Positions 20,241 to 31,321 of a stretch of 64,000 bases of DNA are shown here, one piece after another. The notes below the pieces were generated by a model, which saw nothing but the letters and a program-made list of their open reading frames with translations, did not search any database and was not told where the DNA came from. The position numbers and the translations under genes were made by a program. This DNA is from Chloroflexota bacterium. Its GTDB lineage: Bacteria; Chloroflexota; Limnocylindria; Limnocylindrales; CSP1-4. Location: assembly GCA_016191395.1 (NCBI GenBank), contig JACPOS010000009.1, positions 102,642-166,641 on the forward strand. The letters run 5' to 3'. Numbering within the stretch: position 1 is the first letter of the stretch; every line of letters starts with the position of its first letter.

Positions 20241-21947
20241 TTAGGCATGCAGGGTCGGCGCGGCGTCCCGCGGGACGCCCGCCGCGGCGCGCCGCAGGTT
20301 CGCGGCCGCGATGCGCTCGGTGGCGGCTGCCGCTGCCGGTCCCGAGACAGCGGCAACGAAGGCGAAGCACGGGATGGCATACGCGGTCACCGACGTGAGG
20401 GCCGTCACCGTGGCGGTCCGAGGGGAGCGGCGCAGGAGGGAGATCTCCCCCACGCCGGCACCGTGTCCCAGCCGGCCAATCGGCTGGCCGTCCGCGGTCA
20501 CCTGGACCTCGCCCGTGTCGATCACGATGAATCGATCGCCCGCCTCGCCCTCGCGCATCAGGGTCGCGCCCGCCTCGAACACGAGCGGCTCCAGGCTCCG
20601 CTCCAGCCGCTCGAACGCCGTCAGCGGGAGGTCCGCGAAGGCGTGCACCTCGCGCAGCAGCCCGAGGGTGGTCTCGTCCACCACGCTCAGCTTGTCGACG
20701 CGGCCGATGCGGCTGTAGATGACGAGCGCAACGATCGGCAGGACCGCGCCCGTTACGCCCAGGGCGCCGCGCTCGCCAAAGGCACTGAGCAGGACTGGGG
20801 CGAGCAGGCTCCCCGTGACCGCGCCCAGGCCGACCACCCCTTCGAACACCGAGAACACCGGCGCCCGTTCCTCGTTCGCCGTGCCGCGCTGGAAGATCGT
20901 GAACAGGGCAACGTCGAACACAGCGTTCGCGATGCCGACGACGACCATCGCTGCGAACGCGACGCCCGGGAGCGGCAGCAATCCGATGACCGCGATCGGG
21001 GCGCCCCAGTACGCGAGCGCGGCCATGCCCGATCGGATCAGCCGGTCCGAGCGGGTCAGGCTGAGCGCGAACACCGCCCCGACGAGCCCACCGAAGCCCA
21101 GCGCGGCGTTCAGGATCCCCACGCCCGCCTCCCCGATCAGCAGCAGCTCGATCGCCGCGACCACGATCAAAGGTGTGAGCAGGAAGCGCGTCATCACCTG
21201 GGTGAACACGGCGAGCATCGTCCAGCCGACGACCGGCCGGCGTCGCAGCGCGCGAACGCCGTCGAGCAGGCGCAACCCGCCGGCGGCCTCGCCGGCGCCC
21301 CCAGTCGCGTCGGCGGCATGCTCGAAGCGAAGACGCGCGACGACGACGGCGCCGGCCAGGAACGTCACGGCCGCCGCAAATGCCCCGAGCTCCGGACGTC
21401 CTGCCGCAGCCAGCAGCCCGGCGACGAACGGCCCGAGCATGCTGCCCAGGCCCTCGCCGGTGCTCCACGCCATGTTCGCGGCAACCAGCTCGTGCGGGCT
21501 GCGGGCGACCGCGGGCATGAGCGTCGCCTGGGTGGGCCGAACGGGGGCGCCGGCGGCGGCTGCGATCGCGGCGAGGACGATGAGCCAGAGCGTAGGCCCC
21601 CCGGTCGCGATCACGAGGGCGCACGCGCCCGCCGAACCGGCCCGGATCAGCCCGACCGCAAGCAGCACGCGTTCGCCCCGGAACCGTTCGAGCGTCGCGC
21701 CGGCGAGCATTCCGGACAGGACGGCCGGCACCATGCGCGCGGCGCCGAGGACGCCGGCCGCGACGACGCCGTCGCGCAGGTAGACCACCACCATCAGCAC
21801 GACGAGCAGCCCCGTGTCGGCGGCGATGCCGAGCGCCCACGAGACCTCGAGACGCCGGATCCCCTCGTTCGCCATCGCGTCGCGAAGCGAGCCGAGCAGC
21901 GACCGGACCGGGCGCACGAGGGCCTGCATCTCCGGCAAGGATGGCAT
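20241..21947 (-). CDS. MFS transporter fused to a C-terminal cyclic-nucleotide-binding domain (second copy)
   Basis: About 12 TM segments; REGEAGDRF...[17 protein letters not shown]; start 21947 or 21929. Confidence 0.85.
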   Translation of the reverse strand: MPSLPEMQALVRPVRSLLGSLRDAMANEGIRRLEVSWALGIAADTGLLVVLMVVVYLRDGVVAAGVLGAARMVPAVLSGMLAGATLERFRGERVLLAVGLIRAGSAGACALVIATGGPTLWLIVLAAIAAAAGAPVRPTQATLMPAVARSPHELVAANMAWSTGEGLGSMLGPFVAGLLAAAGRPELGAFAAAVTFLAGAVVVARLRFEHAADATGGAGEAAGGLRLLDGVRALRRRPVVGWTMLAVFTQVMTRFLLTPLIVVAAIELLLIGEAGVGILNAALGFGGLVGAVFALSLTRSDRLIRSGMAALAYWGAPIAVIGLLPLPGVAFAAMVVVGIANAVFDVALFTIFQRGTANEERAPVFSVFEGVVGLGAVTGSLLAPVLLSAFGERGALGVTGAVLPIVALVIYSRIGRVDKLSVVDETTLGLLREVHAFADLPLTAFERLERSLEPLVFEAGATLMREGEAGDRFIVIDTGEVQVTADGQPIGRLGHGAGVGEISLLRRSPRTATVTALTSVTAYAIPCFAFVAAVSGPAAAAATERIAAANLRRAAAGVPRDAAPTLHA

Positions 21948-21992
21948 GCGCGGCCCCTCGCCCCGCTCGGGCGCCTCGCTATGCTCTCGCTC

Positions 21993-22406
21993 GTGAGCGA
22001 CAAGGTGGAGATCCTGCGCGCGGTCCCGCTGTTCGCGGACCTCGACGAGCGCAGCCTTCAGGCCGTCGCGGTCCTCGCCCACGAGGTCGCGTTCAACGCC
22101 GGAGAGGTGCTCATGCTCGAGGGCGAGCCGGGCGACACGTTCGAGGTGATCGTGGACGGCACCGTCCGCATCGATCGCGGCGACCGGGCAATCCGATCCA
22201 TGACGGCCGGCGGCTTCATCGGCGAGATCGCGCTCCTCGACCAGCGACCGCGGACGGCGACGGTCACGTGCGTCACCGACGTGCGTGCCCTGGAGATCCG
22301 CGCCCACGAGTTCGAGCGCCTGATCGACACGCTGCCCGCGGTCCACCGCCGGATCCGTGCGGCGGTCGACCGCCGTTCGCGCGGCCGCGACTGGGATTCG
22401 TTCTAG
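21993..22406 (+). CDS. Stand-alone cyclic-nucleotide-binding domain protein
   Basis: LRAVPLFADL...EGEPGD...FIGEIALLDQRPRTATV; no HTH. Confidence 0.88.
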   Translation: MSDKVEILRAVPLFADLDERSLQAVAVLAHEVAFNAGEVLMLEGEPGDTFEVIVDGTVRIDRGDRAIRSMTAGGFIGEIALLDQRPRTATVTCVTDVRALEIRAHEFERLIDTLPAVHRRIRAAVDRRSRGRDWDSF

Positions 22407-22424
22407 CCCCGTTCGATCGGCCGT

Positions 22425-22601
22425 CCATACCGCACAGGGACAGGAATCTGTGCCCTCGCATCGCGTCTATCCCCCGGAGGGATGGCGAGGACTGGCCAGG
22501 GGCGCGAATGAGGCCTCGACCGCTTCTGGATCGGTCGCGCGTATCCCGGCCAGGGATAGGGGCGCGCATTCGACGTCGAAACCCATCCCTGGGAGGGATA
22601 G
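22425..22601. repeat. Array of four ATCCC-N5-GGGAT-type palindromes (spacing 42/74/42 bp) between convergent genes
   Basis: CCATACCGCACAGGGACAG 22425 (degenerate), CTATCCCCCGGAGGGATGG 22467, GTATCCCGGCCAGGGATAG 22541, CCATCCCTGGGAGGGATAG 22583. Confidence 0.8.
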
Positions 22602-22619
22602 CCGCCCGGGATTCGCGCG

Positions 22620-24329
22620 CTAGCCGAGGCCCTCGAGCCACTCGGCAACTCGGCCCCGGAGGGCGGGCAGGCTGATCGCGCCGGCGCCGAGCACGGTGTC
22701 GTGGAAGGCCTTGATGTCGAACCTCGCGCCGAGCCGCGCCTTCGCCTCCGCGCGAAGGCGAAGGATCTCCAGCTGGCCTGTCTTGTAGGCGAGCGCCTGG
22801 CCCGGCCAGACGATGTAGCGATCCACCTCGTTGACGATGTTGTTCTCGCCCAGGGCTGAGTGCAGCTTCAGGAAGTCGATCGCCTCCTGGCGCGTCCAGC
22901 CCAGCGCGTGCATGCCCGTGTCCACGACGAGCCGTCCGGCCCTCCAGGCGTCGAACGACAGGATCCCGAAGCGATCCATGTCCGAGGTGTACAGGCCCAT
23001 CTCGTCCGAGAGGCGCTCCGTGTACAGGCCCCAGCCCTCGGCAAATGCGGTCGAGCCGAGCATCCGCTGGAACGCGGGTAGTCCCTCCAGCTCCTGCGCG
23101 ATCGCGATCTGGAGGTGGTGGCCTGGCACGGCCTCGTGGAACGCGAGCGCCTCGGCCTCGTATCGAGGGCGGGTCTCCGGCGCGTACTGGTTGATGTAGT
23201 ACCGGCCCGGCCGGCTCCCATCCATCGCCGGCCACGAGTAGTAGGCGATGGTCTGGTGGACCTCCGAGTGGCTCGGGACGGGGACCACGACGCACGCCGC
23301 GCCGGGGACGCGCCCGAACCAGTCCGTGACCGCGGCGGTGGCGCGTGCCAGGGAGCGCTTCGCCGTCGCGAACACCTCGTCGGCGGACTCGAAGTAGAGG
23401 CGCTTGTCGCCCCGCAGCGCCGCGAGCGTGGATTGCAGGTCCTTCGTGCCCAGCACGCGGCCGCCGAGCTCCACGAACTCCCGGTCGATGCGCTCGATCT
23501 CCGCGATGCCTGTCGCGTGGATCTCCTCGGGCGTCAGGTCGAGGGTCGTGTGGACGCGGATGCAGTCGCGGTAGGCCTCCGCGCCGCCCGGCAGGTGCCC
23601 CAGGCCCGGCTTGTCCTCCGGGCGCGCCACGGGCAGCACCGCCCGCTGCAGCGTCTCGCGGTAGCGGCGGAACCCGGGGATCGCGATCTCGCGCACCGCT
23701 TCGTCCACGGCCTCCCGGAAGCGCCGCAGGTCGGCCTCCGACCAGTCCGCATGGTCCTCCGCCGCCGGGGCCATGAGCTTCCAGTCCTCCGGCGGCATTG
23801 CCTCGAGGTGCGTGAGCACGTCCAGGACCCGCTCGACCGGCTTGCCGACGGCCACCAGGCCGTCCGCCGCGGCCTCGCGCAGGTTCGCGCCCATCTGGTC
23901 CAGGTGGCGCCCGATCCCGCGCCAGCGCTCCACGAGCGCAGCGCCGTCCGCCGGTGTTCGGATGGTCTGGTAATCGACGAGATCAAGGAGGCTCACCGTT
24001 GGGCCCCCGAGCGGATCGACGGTCCACTCGTGCATGCGCGTCCGGAGCCCCGCCGCGTTGCCGGCGCATTCGTCGATGAGCATCTGGCGGGTGACCCGCT
24101 CCATCGGGGAGAGGCCATCACCGGGGATCGCGCCCGCCTCGGCCGCAACGGAATCCAGCCAGCGGATGCGGGCGTCGATCGCTGCCGGCGACTCGTTGTC
24201 GAGCTCGCCGTCGAACCGGCGATCGCCGATGACCGTGGCCCACGTGGGATTGGCCTCCAGGAAGCCGTCCCAGAACCGGCCTGACAGCGCGCGCAGCGCC
24301 TCGCCTGCCGTCGTCGCCTCGGTGGTCAT
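22620..24329 (-). CDS. DUF885 family protein (putative metallopeptidase)
   Basis: [45 protein letters not shown] motifs. Confidence 0.92.
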   Translation of the reverse strand: MTTEATTAGEALRALSGRFWDGFLEANPTWATVIGDRRFDGELDNESPAAIDARIRWLDSVAAEAGAIPGDGLSPMERVTRQMLIDECAGNAAGLRTRMHEWTVDPLGGPTVSLLDLVDYQTIRTPADGAALVERWRGIGRHLDQMGANLREAAADGLVAVGKPVERVLDVLTHLEAMPPEDWKLMAPAAEDHADWSEADLRRFREAVDEAVREIAIPGFRRYRETLQRAVLPVARPEDKPGLGHLPGGAEAYRDCIRVHTTLDLTPEEIHATGIAEIERIDREFVELGGRVLGTKDLQSTLAALRGDKRLYFESADEVFATAKRSLARATAAVTDWFGRVPGAACVVVPVPSHSEVHQTIAYYSWPAMDGSRPGRYYINQYAPETRPRYEAEALAFHEAVPGHHLQIAIAQELEGLPAFQRMLGSTAFAEGWGLYTERLSDEMGLYTSDMDRFGILSFDAWRAGRLVVDTGMHALGWTRQEAIDFLKLHSALGENNIVNEVDRYIVWPGQALAYKTGQLEILRLRAEAKARLGARFDIKAFHDTVLGAGAISLPALRGRVAEWLEGLG

Positions 24330-24346
24330 CCGCGGGATCCCAGCGG

Positions 24347-25522
24347 CTAGCGGATGCAGGGTCCGGTCGGGACCGCGGCGTTCAGGCCGATGGCAGGTGC
24401 CAGCCGGTTCAGCACCTCGGTCGGCGAGAGTGCGTAGCCAACAGCCGGGTCCACCTTGGACTGGGCGAAGACGACGCCGCCGACCGTGCCGTCCTGCAGG
24501 ACGAACGGGCCGCCGCTGTCACCGGGGATGACTCGCGCCCTGAGCTCGATGATCCGGCGGGTGACGCGCGCGGCACCGGTCACGTCCAGGCCCGTCGCGT
24601 TGTACGTGGCAGCCACGGTCGCCGGCTCCACGGTCTCGTTGCCGCCGCCCGGATAGCCCACGGTGGCACCGAGCGCGCCACGGCCGGGATCGGCGGTCGT
24701 GAAGCTGAGCGCCTGCGCGCGGACCCCGGGGGCGAAGAGCAGTGCCACGTCCAGCTCCAGGTCCACGAGTACTGGCACCGCCTTGAACGACTCGCCCGAT
24801 GTCTGGACGATCACGCTCCGCGCGCCGACGACGACGTGAGCGTTCGTCACGAGGTAGCCCGGCGCGATCACGAACGACGAGCCACTCGCGCGCTGGTCGC
24901 AGCCATCGGCGATGACGCGGAGCACGGACGGCGCGGCGCGGGCGCCGATCTGGCGCGCGAGGGCATCGGACGGCAGCTCGATCGCCGGCGCCGGGAGCTG
25001 CTCCAGCCCGATGAACACGTTCCCGAGCCCGCTGTTGTCGAGGATCTGCCCGAGACCGAGGACGATCTCGGTGGGGGGCGGGAAGAACGCGTCGACGACC
25101 CGCAGGGCCGTCGACTTCTGGGCGATCTGGCTCAGGTTGGGAAACGGTCCTGCCGCGATGACGCCGCCAGCGAGCCACAGGATGAGGATCGCCTGCGCCG
25201 CTCCGACGATCGCGCCGCTGACCTGGTCCAGCGCGCCGAGCAGCCCGTTTCCCAGGGCCCGCGATGCGTGGCGGCCGGCGCTTGCACCGAGGGCCTCGCC
25301 CAGCCCGACGAGGCCGAGGAGCACGGAAAGCACCACGATCGCGCGAATGGCCGGGTTCAGGCCATCGAGCAATGGCCCGGCCGCGGGCAGGATCGCGAGC
25401 CCGGCGAGGGCCGCGGCGGCTGCGCCCGAAAGGCCCAGCAGCTGTGGGAGTGCCCCCGATCGGACTCCGAGGATCACCGCGATCACCAGGAGGGCGATCG
25501 CGATCAGGTCCATTGGATTCAC
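24347..25522 (-). CDS. MarP-like membrane serine protease (CvpA-like TM region + trypsin-like domain)
   Basis: Four N-terminal TM segments; TNAHVV, DVALL, GDSGGP catalytic motifs. Confidence 0.88.
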   Translation of the reverse strand: MNPMDLIAIALLVIAVILGVRSGALPQLLGLSGAAAAALAGLAILPAAGPLLDGLNPAIRAIVVLSVLLGLVGLGEALGASAGRHASRALGNGLLGALDQVSGAIVGAAQAILILWLAGGVIAAGPFPNLSQIAQKSTALRVVDAFFPPPTEIVLGLGQILDNSGLGNVFIGLEQLPAPAIELPSDALARQIGARAAPSVLRVIADGCDQRASGSSFVIAPGYLVTNAHVVVGARSVIVQTSGESFKAVPVLVDLELDVALLFAPGVRAQALSFTTADPGRGALGATVGYPGGGNETVEPATVAATYNATGLDVTGAARVTRRIIELRARVIPGDSGGPFVLQDGTVGGVVFAQSKVDPAVGYALSPTEVLNRLAPAIGLNAAVPTGPCIR

Positions 25523-25612
25523 CGCAGGATCGTGACACAGGCCGTCCGTTCGGGCCTCTCGCGCGCCTCGCGGCGCGATCCGGAACGGCTGCTGACGCCT
25601 TGCAGTCCCCGG

Positions 25613-26176
25613 TTACGGCACCTCCAGCTTGATCGCCGGCGCGTCGCCCTCGGCGGAGATCGCCCACGTCCCGGACGCGAGCGCGCCCAGGTCCACGGTG
25701 GTGGCGCTGAGCTGCGCGATGTCGATGCAGGCGACGTCGCCGGCGCCGGAGCCCTCGACCACTTTGATGCGGATCGACTTCGTGGCGTCGTCGCGGACGA
25801 GCTCGACGTGGTCGAGCGCGTTGCAGGGCGCGATCCCGCTCCACCAGCGCAGGTCCGCGGTCACGGTGCCGTCCGCGTTCACCACGGCGCGAACCAGCTG
25901 GACGTTGACGGTCCGCGGGTTGACGAGGCCCTGGGTCGGCTTCACGTACGTCGCTGCGCCCAGGAGCGGGTTGCCGTTGGCGCCGCCGCCGGGGACAGGG
26001 ATCACGATCCCGCCGCCGGGAGCGGATCCGGAGCCACCGCCAGTGCCGGGATTGCCGGGCACGGCCGTGGGGGTCGGGCGCGGGGTGGTTGCGGCGCCGG
26101 GCTTCGAGGCGGGTGTCGCGGCGCCCCCGCACGCGGCGAGGCCGAACGCGAGCAGGAGCGAGGCGAGAGGCTTCAC
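25613..26176 (-). CDS. Lipoprotein, hypothetical
   Basis: Lipobox LAAC; Pro/Gly linker; WSGIAPC...ACIDIA domain. Confidence 0.8.
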   Translation of the reverse strand: MKPLASLLLAFGLAACGGAATPASKPGAATTPRPTPTAVPGNPGTGGGSGSAPGGGIVIPVPGGGANGNPLLGAATYVKPTQGLVNPRTVNVQLVRAVVNADGTVTADLRWWSGIAPCNALDHVELVRDDATKSIRIKVVEGSGAGDVACIDIAQLSATTVDLGALASGTWAISAEGDAPAIKLEVP

Positions 26177-26204
26177 CGTGGCCGCGAGACGCGCGCCCGG
26201 CGCG

Positions 26205-26831
26205 TCAGGTTCCGGCGTCGAGCCGCGTGTCGATGCGGGCAGGGTGGCGACGCTCCCAGGCCTCGATCTCGGGCGCCTTGTCGAGCAGGTAGCCGAGCTC
26301 GTCGGTGCCCTTCAGGAGCATGAGCTTCGAGAACGGGTCGACGTCGAACGGCAGGTCCTCGTCGCCGGGCAGGTGCACGACCTGGGACTCGAGGTCGACG
26401 GTGAGCTCGACGTCGGGCTCGCGGGCGACCAGCTCGAAGAGCTGGCGCTGGGTCTCGGCGTCGACGATGATCGGGAGCAGGCCGTTCTTCAGCGAGTTGC
26501 CGCGGAAGATGTCGGCGCAGCTGCTCGTGATCACCGCGCGGATGCCCCAGGCGACGAGCGCCCACGGCGCGTGCTCGCGCGACGAGCCGCAGCCGAAGTT
26601 GTCGCCGGCGAGGAGGATCTGGCGCCCCGCCATGCCGGGCTTGTCGAGGACGAAGGTCGGCTCCTTCAGGCCGCCGTCCGCCTCGTACCGCCAGTCGCGG
26701 AACAGGGCGTCGGCGAGGCCCTCCTTGTCGGTGACCTTGAGGAAGCGCGCCGGCACGATCTGGTCGGTGTCGACGTTCTCCGCCGGCAGGGGGATGACCT
26801 TGCTGGAGAAGCTCGCATACGGTTTGGCCAC
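26205..26831 (-). CDS. leuD: 3-isopropylmalate dehydratase small subunit
   Basis: NVDTDQIVPARFL, NFGCGSSREHAPWAL. Confidence 0.96.
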   Translation of the reverse strand: MAKPYASFSSKVIPLPAENVDTDQIVPARFLKVTDKEGLADALFRDWRYEADGGLKEPTFVLDKPGMAGRQILLAGDNFGCGSSREHAPWALVAWGIRAVITSSCADIFRGNSLKNGLLPIIVDAETQRQLFELVAREPDVELTVDLESQVVHLPGDEDLPFDVDPFSKLMLLKGTDELGYLLDKAPEIEAWERRHPARIDTRLDAGT

Positions 26832-26833
26832 GA

Positions 26834-28285
26834 CTAACGGCCCCCGACCGCGGCGAGGGCTTCGATGCCGGGCAGGCGGCGAGGGTCCGCGACGACGCCG
26901 GCGACCGCCGATGCCGCTGCGGTGAGCGGCGACGCGAGGAACGTCCGGCCGCCCTTGCCCTGGCGGCCCTCGAAGTTCCGATTGGACGTGCTCACGGCGT
27001 ACTGGCCGGGGGTGAGCTGATCGCCGTTCATGGCGATGCACATGGAGCAGCCGGCCTCGCGCCAGTCGGCGCCCGCAGCGCGGAAGATCTCGTGCAGGCC
27101 CTCGCGCTCAGCCTCGCGCTTCACCTCGTCGGAGCCGGGGACGACCATGAGGCGCAGCCCGTCGGCGATCTTCCGGCCCTTGAGCGCGGCGGCTGCCAGC
27201 CTGAGGTCGCTGATCCGGCCGTTCGTGCAGCTGCCGATGAAGACGACGTCCACCTTCTGGCCGAGGATCGGCTGGCCTGGCTGGAGGTCCATGTACGCGA
27301 GCGCGGACTCGAGCGCGCGCCGGCCCGGGCCATCCTCGGTTGCCGCGGGATCCGGCACGGCGGCCGAGATCGGCAGGCCCATGCCGGGGTTCGTGCCGTA
27401 GGTGATCATCGGCTCCAGCGCGGAGGCGTCGATGGAGATCGTCCGGTCGAACGCCGCGTCGGGGTCACTCGGAAGCGCGCGCCACCGCTCCACTGCGGAA
27501 TCCCACTCGCGGCCCTTTGGGGCATGCGCGCGGCCTGCGAGGTACTCGAACGTCGTGTCGTCAGGGGCGATGAGACCGGCGCGCGCCCCGCCCTCGATCG
27601 ACATGTTGCAGATCGTCATGCGCTGCTCCATCGACAGCGCCTCGATCGCGGATCCGCGGTACTCGAACACGTGCCCTGTCCCGCCGCCAACGCCGATGCG
27701 CGAGAGCAGGTTGAGGATCACGTCCTTTGCGCTGACGCCCGGCGCAAGGCGGCCGTCGACGCGGACCTCGTAGCTCCTGGGCCGCCGCTGGAGCAGGCAC
27801 TGCGTCGCGAGGACCATCTCCACCTCGGACGTGCCGATCCCGAACGCGAGCGCCCCGAACGCGCCGTGGGTGGAGGTATGCGAGTCGCCGCACACGATCG
27901 TCATGCCCGGCTGCGTGAGGCCCAATTGAGGTCCGATTACGTGGACGATGCCCTGGCTCGGCGAACCAAGACCATGCAGTGGGATCCCGAACTCCGTGCA
28001 GTTCGTGGTGAGCTGGTCCACCTGCGCCGCGGCCATCGCGTCGAGGATCGGCAGGTTTCGTGGCGTCGTGGGCACCGAGTGGTCCGCGGTCGCGACCGTC
28101 CGCTCGGGATGCGCGACCTTCAGCCCGCGCCGCCGCAAGCCCGTGAACGCCTGGGGACTCGTGACCTCGTGGACAAGGTGCAGGTCGATCGCGAGCACGC
28201 TCGGGGCGCCCTTGCCATCGAGGACCACATGGTCGTCCCAGATCTTGTCGACGAGCGTGCGCGGGTGACGAGGTGCGGCATCCAT
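26834..28285 (-). CDS. leuC: 3-isopropylmalate dehydratase large subunit
   Basis: [52 protein letters not shown]. Confidence 0.97.
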   Translation of the reverse strand: MDAAPRHPRTLVDKIWDDHVVLDGKGAPSVLAIDLHLVHEVTSPQAFTGLRRRGLKVAHPERTVATADHSVPTTPRNLPILDAMAAAQVDQLTTNCTEFGIPLHGLGSPSQGIVHVIGPQLGLTQPGMTIVCGDSHTSTHGAFGALAFGIGTSEVEMVLATQCLLQRRPRSYEVRVDGRLAPGVSAKDVILNLLSRIGVGGGTGHVFEYRGSAIEALSMEQRMTICNMSIEGGARAGLIAPDDTTFEYLAGRAHAPKGREWDSAVERWRALPSDPDAAFDRTISIDASALEPMITYGTNPGMGLPISAAVPDPAATEDGPGRRALESALAYMDLQPGQPILGQKVDVVFIGSCTNGRISDLRLAAAALKGRKIADGLRLMVVPGSDEVKREAEREGLHEIFRAAGADWREAGCSMCIAMNGDQLTPGQYAVSTSNRNFEGRQGKGGRTFLASPLTAAASAVAGVVADPRRLPGIEALAAVGGR

Positions 28286-28355
28286 GTTCGGCGCATTCTG
28301 CCCGACGCGGTGGATTCGACGATCCATCGATCGTCCGCCCGTCCAGGCAGGGTCG

Positions 28356-29093
28356 CTACGGTCGCGCGACGAGCCTGTAGGGAGCTTCGCTGGATCCTCC
28401 TCCGGCCGCCCACAAGATCGCGCGCCCTGGCCAGGGATCGGATCCGCGAAGGGCATCCAGCGCGTCCCGCGGATCAGCCGGGTACGCCGTTCGGAGAAGG
28501 CGGCGATGCTCATCGGCGACGCCACGGGTCGTCCGCGTTTCTCGCACGACCACCAGCTGCGAGATCGCTGGCTCAGGTTCGAGACGAGCCCAGCCCTCCC
28601 ACGATGGCAAGGCCGCCGCCTTGGCCTCCGCCCAGCGGATCTGCTGCTCCAGGCGCCGAAGCCCGGATTCGATCTCGATGGCCAAGAACACCGCGGCCTT
28701 CGCGTCATGGAATCCGAGGTCGATCCAGCCGCGCGACGGCCGCGTGACCGCGATCTCGGTGAACCGTGCCCATCGCGGATGCACGATGCCCAGGAGTGCT
28801 TCGGCGATGGCGGACTGATGGCGATCTCGAATCGTTGCCCCGGTAGTCGGGTACAACCGCAGGCTCATATCGGCACCCAGCACCATCGCGAGCCTGGCGT
28901 ACGTATCGAGAGAGGCACTCTGCGCGCCCGCCTCGATGCGCCTGATGAAGCTCGCATCGACGCCGGACGCGCGCGCCAGCTCGGCCACAGTCAGCCCAGC
29001 GTCCTCACGCTGCCGGAGGACGTCCGCGCCGGCGCTCGCGCGGGCATGGCCTGCCGCCCGCCTCGCCGCACGCTCCCGTGCAAGGTTCGTCAT
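28356..29093 (-). CDS. XRE-HTH protein fused to a restriction-endonuclease-like (PD-(D/E)XK/DUF559-like) domain
   Basis: [31 protein letters not shown]; C-terminal E...GWIDL...LAIEIES; start 29093 or 29102. Confidence 0.75.
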   Translation of the reverse strand: MTNLARERAARRAAGHARASAGADVLRQREDAGLTVAELARASGVDASFIRRIEAGAQSASLDTYARLAMVLGADMSLRLYPTTGATIRDRHQSAIAEALLGIVHPRWARFTEIAVTRPSRGWIDLGFHDAKAAVFLAIEIESGLRRLEQQIRWAEAKAAALPSWEGWARLEPEPAISQLVVVRETRTTRGVADEHRRLLRTAYPADPRDALDALRGSDPWPGRAILWAAGGGSSEAPYRLVARP

Positions 29094-29213
29094 CGTTCCC
29101 ATTGAACCCGAACGCGCTTATCTGTCGGTCAACCGTGTCGGGCCGTGGATCTGCGGCCGCTCGCCGCCCTGCGGCCGGTGGCGGCTGCCGAGCGACTCGC
29201 ACAGCGGACTGCC

Positions 29214-29370
29214 GCACGCAGCGTCCGGAATGTTGGGCCGGCGTGTCGCCAGCCGGACCTGCAATCCGGTCTGACGCGGTTCCCGGGTCATTCGCGCGCG
29301 AAAGACGGCGATCTTTGGACAACGCGTCCGATTCGCTGCACGGGACGCCCGGATCTCGGACTGGGAGTCC
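29214..29370. repeat. Array of four GGAC-N5-GTCC palindromes (spacing 41/62/41 bp) upstream of the HTH-nuclease gene
   Basis: GCACGCAGCGTCC 29214, GGACCTGCAATCC 29255, GGACAACGCGTCC 29317, GGACTGGGAGTCC 29358. Confidence 0.8.
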
Positions 29371-29433
29371 TGAGCTTGCCCACCCGGCGGCGAACCGGGG
29401 GCCGTGAACCCGGCCCTGGTCGCTGGCGCCGAC

Positions 29434-30390
29434 CTACGCGGCGCGAGCCCTGACGCGGAGGACCGCGAGCACGCGCGGGTCGACCCAGCCGGGCGCGGCG
29501 GTTCGCTCCTCGAGGTTCTCGACGCCCATCCAGTCCCAGAGCGCGTCCTGCCAGGCGTCGTCCCAGTTGGATGGCGTCGGTCCGGGCGTTCCGGTCATGG
29601 GTCGATCCGCCTTGTCGCCGCCGGCGGCTGCGGCGGCATCGGGGTTCATCGGCTGGTAGACGTTGCCGAAGCGGCCGCCCGGCTCCGCGCCGATCTTCGT
29701 CAGCAGCTTGCGCATCTCGGCGGCGAGCGTGGCGTCGACCGGCAGGAGGTCGCCGACGGCAGGCCGGTCCAGGTACAGCCGCTGCAGGTCCAGCAGCCGG
29801 CCCAGCTCGCCGATTGGGTCATCGTGATGGTCCACGCGAAGGTCGACCCAGCGATCGTTCGCACCGCCGTACCCGCCGCCCGCGCGCACGATCAGGAGCG
29901 AGGCGGACTCACGCCCGCGGCGGTCGCCGCCCTGCGCGTCGGCGGCGGCCAGGCAGGCGACGAGCAGCTCGGGGAACGGCCGGCCACCGCCCACGAGCGT
30001 GTCCACGAGGCCGTCGACCACCGCGGGGCCGGCGAGGATGTTGCCCTGGGCCGCGAACCCGGGACCGGTGAGGCCGCCGGCCCATGCGAAGCACGACCCG
30101 CCGGTGTGCGTCGCCGCGCCGCCGCGGGCGTCCACCATCCCGACCTGGCGCTGGCTTCGGAGTGGGTCCGCATTCACCAGGCGCTCCAGCGCCTGGTGCG
30201 CCGGCATCCCGCTGGCCATGCGGGCGAGGCCGCCTGGCCCGAACGTGACGTTCGCGAACGACTGCGTCGCGACCGCTCCCACGCCTGCCTGGGCCCACGG
30301 CACGACCGCTCCGACGGCGAGGAACTTGGACTGGACCGCGACCCCGAGGTCGCCGGTCGCGGGGTCGAGCGCGACGATCGAATAGGTCAT
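29434..30390 (-). CDS. DUF1028 domain protein (Ntn-hydrolase-like)
   Basis: MTYSIVA...GVAVQSKFLAVG...GGDRRGRESA...DLRVDHH...ENLEER. Confidence 0.92.
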   Translation of the reverse strand: MTYSIVALDPATGDLGVAVQSKFLAVGAVVPWAQAGVGAVATQSFANVTFGPGGLARMASGMPAHQALERLVNADPLRSQRQVGMVDARGGAATHTGGSCFAWAGGLTGPGFAAQGNILAGPAVVDGLVDTLVGGGRPFPELLVACLAAADAQGGDRRGRESASLLIVRAGGGYGGANDRWVDLRVDHHDDPIGELGRLLDLQRLYLDRPAVGDLLPVDATLAAEMRKLLTKIGAEPGGRFGNVYQPMNPDAAAAAGGDKADRPMTGTPGPTPSNWDDAWQDALWDWMGVENLEERTAAPGWVDPRVLAVLRVRARAA

Positions 30391-30524
30391 GCGGCCGAGG
30401 GTACGACGGGAATCAAGACGCCGGACCGGGATTGCCGCGTGGCGACCATCCCGTTCCGGCGTTGATCCGGGCGCGCGGCCCGGGCGCAGATCAAGGCACG
30501 AAGCCCGGCGCGCACCATTCGCGA

Positions 30525-30797
30525 TCAGCTCATCCGGCGTCCCATTCGACCCTTGCCGGTGGCGAAGTTCGCGATGAAGACCACAAGGATCGCCCCGAGC
30601 GTGGCGATGAAGATGCTCTCGATGTTGATGCCGTCAACGCTGCCCATCTTGAACACGTTGGCCGCGAGCCAGCCGCCGACGAGGCCGCCGACGATGCCCA
30701 GGATGACCATCATGATCAGGCCCTCACGCGAGCCCATGATCTGGTTGGCGATGAAGCCGGCGATGGCGCCGACCACGATCCATGCGATGAAACCCAT
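30525..30797 (-). CDS. GlsB/YeaQ/YmgE (transglycosylase-associated) stress membrane protein
   Basis: MGFIAWIVVGAIAG...ILGIVGGLVGG...ATLGAILV; AAGGA RBS. Confidence 0.92.
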   Translation of the reverse strand: MGFIAWIVVGAIAGFIANQIMGSREGLIMMVILGIVGGLVGGWLAANVFKMGSVDGINIESIFIATLGAILVVFIANFATGKGRMGRRMS

Positions 30798-30840
30798 CGG
30801 GTCAATGTCCTTTCGCTATCCCTTGCGGGAGGTATGAGGC

Positions 30841-31281
30841 CTAGACTTTCTCGCGGCGGAAGATCCCGATGGCCCAGATCACGATCAGCTCCAGGATGGT
30901 CCAGCCGACGATGGCGACGATCGCCGCGACATCGAACACGGAGCCGCCGGAGCGGAGCGCATTGGTCCGAAGGATCCCTTCGAACGGCGCGACGAAGATC
31001 TGGCTGAGGTTGAGGATCCCGGACACGAGGCCGTTGGCCTCGCGCGCATCGAGCAGCAGCAGGACGATGCGTGCGCCGATGACGATCTGGATCAGGCCGA
31101 AGACCAGGACGACGATTCGCCGTCCGAGCTCCGAGCCGCCGGGGGTCGACGTGGTCGAATGGCTCGCCGTCGTGACGGTCTCACGCGAGGCGATGGCCGG
31201 AGTAGCGGGGGAGACGGTCTGCGCGACGCCGGGCGTGGGCCCGGTCGTGGTGACGGTTCGATCGATGTTCTCGACGGTCAT
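30841..31281 (-). CDS. YggT-like membrane protein
   Basis: RIVLLLLDA...NLSQIFVAPFEGI...DVAAIVAIVGW; GGAG RBS. Confidence 0.8.
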   Translation of the reverse strand: MTVENIDRTVTTTGPTPGVAQTVSPATPAIASRETVTTASHSTTSTPGGSELGRRIVVLVFGLIQIVIGARIVLLLLDAREANGLVSGILNLSQIFVAPFEGILRTNALRSGGSVFDVAAIVAIVGWTILELIVIWAIGIFRREKV

Positions 31282-31321
31282 GGTTGCTCCAATTCGCGAT
31301 GGATGGTTGATGTGGTGGGCC

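Noticed and set aside
30412-30466. Long imperfect hairpin (ATCAAGACGCCGGA...TCCGGCGTTGAT) between the GlsB-like and DUF1028 genes
   Set aside because: Single copy sharing no clear motif spacing with the arrays; most simply a terminator-like stem
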